Positions 61,549 through 64,000 of a DNA stretch of 64,000 nt are shown here, in pieces. Positions within the stretch are counted from its first letter, which is position 1, and each line of letters begins with the position of its first letter. The stretch is from positions 1,627 to 65,626 of the forward strand of contig JAFUWD010000054.1 in NCBI GenBank assembly GCA_017483645.1, read 5' to 3'. The DNA is from Muribaculaceae bacterium (GTDB lineage: Bacteria; Bacteroidota; Bacteroidia; Bacteroidales; Muribaculaceae). The notes beneath the pieces were generated by a model. The model saw nothing but the letters and a program-made list of their open reading frames with translations. It was not told the DNA's origin and did no database searches. Position numbers and translations under genes: made by a program.

Positions 61549-62739
61549 TTATTGCATCCACAATGCCGCCACGCGCCGGCGGATGGCCAGCACATTGGCC
61601 GCCGTGATGACCGTCATGATCACCAATGCCACCATCATGGCCGGTAGCACACTGGCTCCCGTCACGCCAAAAACGGTGAGAGTGTCTTTATAGTAAAGCC
61701 TTGTCGCCAGCATCAGCGCGATGGACAACCCCAGCACCGCGGCATTGATGGCGAGAACCATCACAATATAAGGCCGTGCCACCTGGCTCGGTGAGTAGCC
61801 GAGCAGGAGCAGGTCTTGCAATTTGCGGGTGTTTTTTTGCAATAGCAGATAGATGCTGAGCATGAGCACAAAGAATGCCAGCAACGAGATGATGATGCCC
61901 ACGGCAATGACGATGCCGATGATGAGCATCAAGAAATAGTTGGCCTTGCTTGACGACATCTTGTCGCCTGCCACCTCATAGCGATGCTGACTCATGAATT
62001 GTTCGATTTTCACGTCACCCGGACTGTTGACCTCCACAATGAGGCGTTGCGGCTGCCGCGGCATGCCTGTTCCATAGCGCTCGTTGGCCCACGTCAGGAA
62101 GTCTTGCGGCACAATGACGGTGTTGAGTCTGTTGGAGAACCCCACAATGCGCCCCGGCATGTCCTCGGTGAGTCCGTTGCCGCTGAAAGTGAACGACAGC
62201 GGAATCATTCCTGCCTGCCCTTCGCTGATGCGCGGCATACCTTGTGTGGCGGCGAAACCGAAATTGTAGAGCGACAGATAGTCGCGCGAGACAATCACCG
62301 GCACCTCAGGCCGAGACGGGTTGAAGCCCCACTGATCGGCGTTGACGTCGATAAACTCGTCGGGGATGGCCTCAAAGAAAAATTGACTGCGCATGGCGCG
62401 CCCGCCACCCACCCCCACGGTGGCGCTGATGGCAAAATCGCTGCTGATGAAGCGTCCCACTTGGCGGCACCACGGCTGTTGTTGCAGCGTGGCCACGGCG
62501 CTGTCGGGAAACTCACTGCCGCTGCCCATCAACGCTCCTGTGCCGGTGATGGTGCGGGTAATAACCAGATAATCCTTGCTGATGAAGCTGTCTTCGTCGG
62601 CAAACACTGGCTTCACGTCAAGGTAGAATTGCACCGCCAGAATGACGATGGTGAGGCCCACCAGATTGGCCAGCGCAAAGCCTGCCAACTGGGTGGCGCT
62701 GACGTGTTTTCTGAGCAGTTTCCAAATGATGTTTTTCAT
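61549..62739 (-). CDS. ABC transporter permease (FtsX/MacB-like)
   Basis: N-terminal TM, large periplasmic loop, three C-terminal TMs with LLLLGYS. Confidence 0.8.
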   Translation of the reverse strand: MKNIIWKLLRKHVSATQLAGFALANLVGLTIVILAVQFYLDVKPVFADEDSFISKDYLVITRTITGTGALMGSGSEFPDSAVATLQQQPWCRQVGRFISSDFAISATVGVGGGRAMRSQFFFEAIPDEFIDVNADQWGFNPSRPEVPVIVSRDYLSLYNFGFAATQGMPRISEGQAGMIPLSFTFSGNGLTEDMPGRIVGFSNRLNTVIVPQDFLTWANERYGTGMPRQPQRLIVEVNSPGDVKIEQFMSQHRYEVAGDKMSSSKANYFLMLIIGIVIAVGIIISLLAFFVLMLSIYLLLQKNTRKLQDLLLLGYSPSQVARPYIVMVLAINAAVLGLSIALMLATRLYYKDTLTVFGVTGASVLPAMMVALVIMTVITAANVLAIRRRVAALWMQ

Positions 62740-63380
62740 AGCGCCAGATGTTGTGTGTCGTTCAACTTGAGGTGATTTCCCACGCTCGTGGCGATAATGC
62801 CCGCTCCTTGGCGTGTTGCTTCGTCGGTCACCAGTTGCGCCACGATTTGGTTGTTGGCCTCGTCGAGGTGACTCACCGGTTCGTCGAGCAGGATGAAGTC
62901 GGCCGGCTGGCACAGCGTGCGAATAACTGCCACCCTTTGTTGCTGTCCGATGGAGAGTTGTGCCACAGGGCTGTGTAACTTGTCGGCAATAGCCAGTTCC
63001 TCAAAGAGTTGCTCAATCTGCTGCAGGTTCTTGAAATGGGTGATGCGGTTTTTTAGTTCCACGTTTTCCAATGCCGTGAGCTCGGGAAACAAACGCATCT
63101 CCTGGGGCAGATAGGCGATGTGGCGGCAGCGCAACCGGCACCACTCGTCAATGCTCAGCGAGCGGCTGTTGCGTCCGTCGAAAGCGATGGTGCCCTCATA
63201 GTCGTTGCGGTAGCCGTAGATGTAGGCGCACAGCGACGACTTGCCGGTACCGCTTTCGGCGGCCACCAGATAGCGCTTGCCACGCTCCAGGGTCACGTTT
63301 CGCAGCCAGATGTCGCTACCCGTGTCGGGCCTGCCGGCAAACACAGCCGGCAAAGTGTGTGATAATTCAATTTTCTCCAT
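62736..63380 (-). CDS. ABC transporter ATP-binding protein
   Basis: Walker A AESGTGKS, Q loop, LSIGQQQR, LLDEPVSHLD. Confidence 0.9.
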   Translation of the reverse strand: MEKIELSHTLPAVFAGRPDTGSDIWLRNVTLERGKRYLVAAESGTGKSSLCAYIYGYRNDYEGTIAFDGRNSRSLSIDEWCRLRCRHIAYLPQEMRLFPELTALENVELKNRITHFKNLQQIEQLFEELAIADKLHSPVAQLSIGQQQRVAVIRTLCQPADFILLDEPVSHLDEANNQIVAQLVTDEATRQGAGIIATSVGNHLKLNDTQHLAL

Positions 63381-64000
63381 GGTGGTTTTTCTCACAAAGA
63401 TTTTGACCGCGGAACGGTTCCACGTGGATGTTGGTAATGGTGTGGCCCAGCAGTTCTTGCAGGCTGTCCTCGATTTGAGTGGTGATAGCGTGGCTCTGCG
63501 TCACCGAGAGGTCGCCGTCGACCTTGATGTGCACGTCGACCACGCTCACCGTGCCGTTGCGGCGCGTGCGCAGGTTGTGGAATGCCTTTACACCGTGGGT
63601 CCGGGCTATCGTTTGACCGATTTGCTCCACTTTGTCGGCGGGTAGCGACACTTCGAGCAATTCTTTCACCGCCGGTTTGCCCATGCGGTAAGCCAGCGTG
63701 ATAATCAGTATGCTCACCACAATGGCGGCTAAGGGGTCGAGCACACGCCATTGCTCGCCAAGAAAAATGGCTCCTGCAATGCCGCCCAGCGTGGCCATGC
63801 TGGAGAGGGCGTCGCCCCGGTGGTGCCAGGCATAGGCAAGCAGGGCTTTGCTGTCGAGCCGACGGCCCACATGGTGGGTGTATTGAAACAACCCTTCTTT
63901 GATAACGACAGCAATCACTGCCACCACAAGTGTGAGCAATTCGGGCCTGTCGAGCTGTGCGCCGTTGATGGCTCTCCACACCTCGCCGCCCCCTTCCGTG
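63367..64000 (-). CDS. Cation diffusion facilitator (FieF-like), 5' end outside the window
   Basis: AWHHRGDALSS, LDPLAA, HNLRTR, VDVHIKVD, IHVEP. Confidence 0.88.
   Translation of the reverse strand, partial: TEGGGEVWRAINGAQLDRPELLTLVVAVIAVVIKEGLFQYTHHVGRRLDSKALLAYAWHHRGDALSSMATLGGIAGAIFLGEQWRVLDPLAAIVVSILIITLAYRMGKPAVKELLEVSLPADKVEQIGQTIARTHGVKAFHNLRTRRNGTVSVVDVHIKVDGDLSVTQSHAITTQIEDSLQELLGHTITNIHVEPFRGQNLCEKNHHGEN

Overview
A 64 kb chromosomal segment of a Bacteroidales bacterium. The TAnnTTTG/TTTG promoters, gene set, T9SS-type C-termini and a dockerin-bearing protease suggest a Muribaculaceae/Sodaliphilus-like lineage (inference). Most of the window is housekeeping or envelope related: ribF-upp, psd-pssA, a GH97, tRNA-Phe, a PtpA-type S9 peptidase, rimP-nusA-infB-folK, two POT transporters, sufE, a PpiD-like chaperone, a TPR plus beta-barrel pair, tRNA-Asp, coaX-lptC-hlyC, ftsB, trmD and a CDF/ABC operon. 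The standout is a tightly packed six-gene operon at 21447-29455 (minus strand). It encodes a vWA-like lipoprotein, a 4-TM protein, a divergent FtsZ/tubulin-like GTPase, a 1145-aa actin/Hsp70-fold ATPase, a single-pass coiled-coil protein and a small basic tail-anchored protein. Together these look like an uncharacterised trans-envelope tubulin-plus-actin machine. Also notable are a vWA plus putative winged-helix module with a phased 15-bp tandem repeat in its divergent promoter, a dockerin-tailed M6 protease, a membrane TerB-like/SpoVK AAA+ fusion and a large secreted protein with a recent internal duplication. No CRISPR array, transposase, integrase or prophage was seen. All calls come from reading motifs by eye; no database searches were run.
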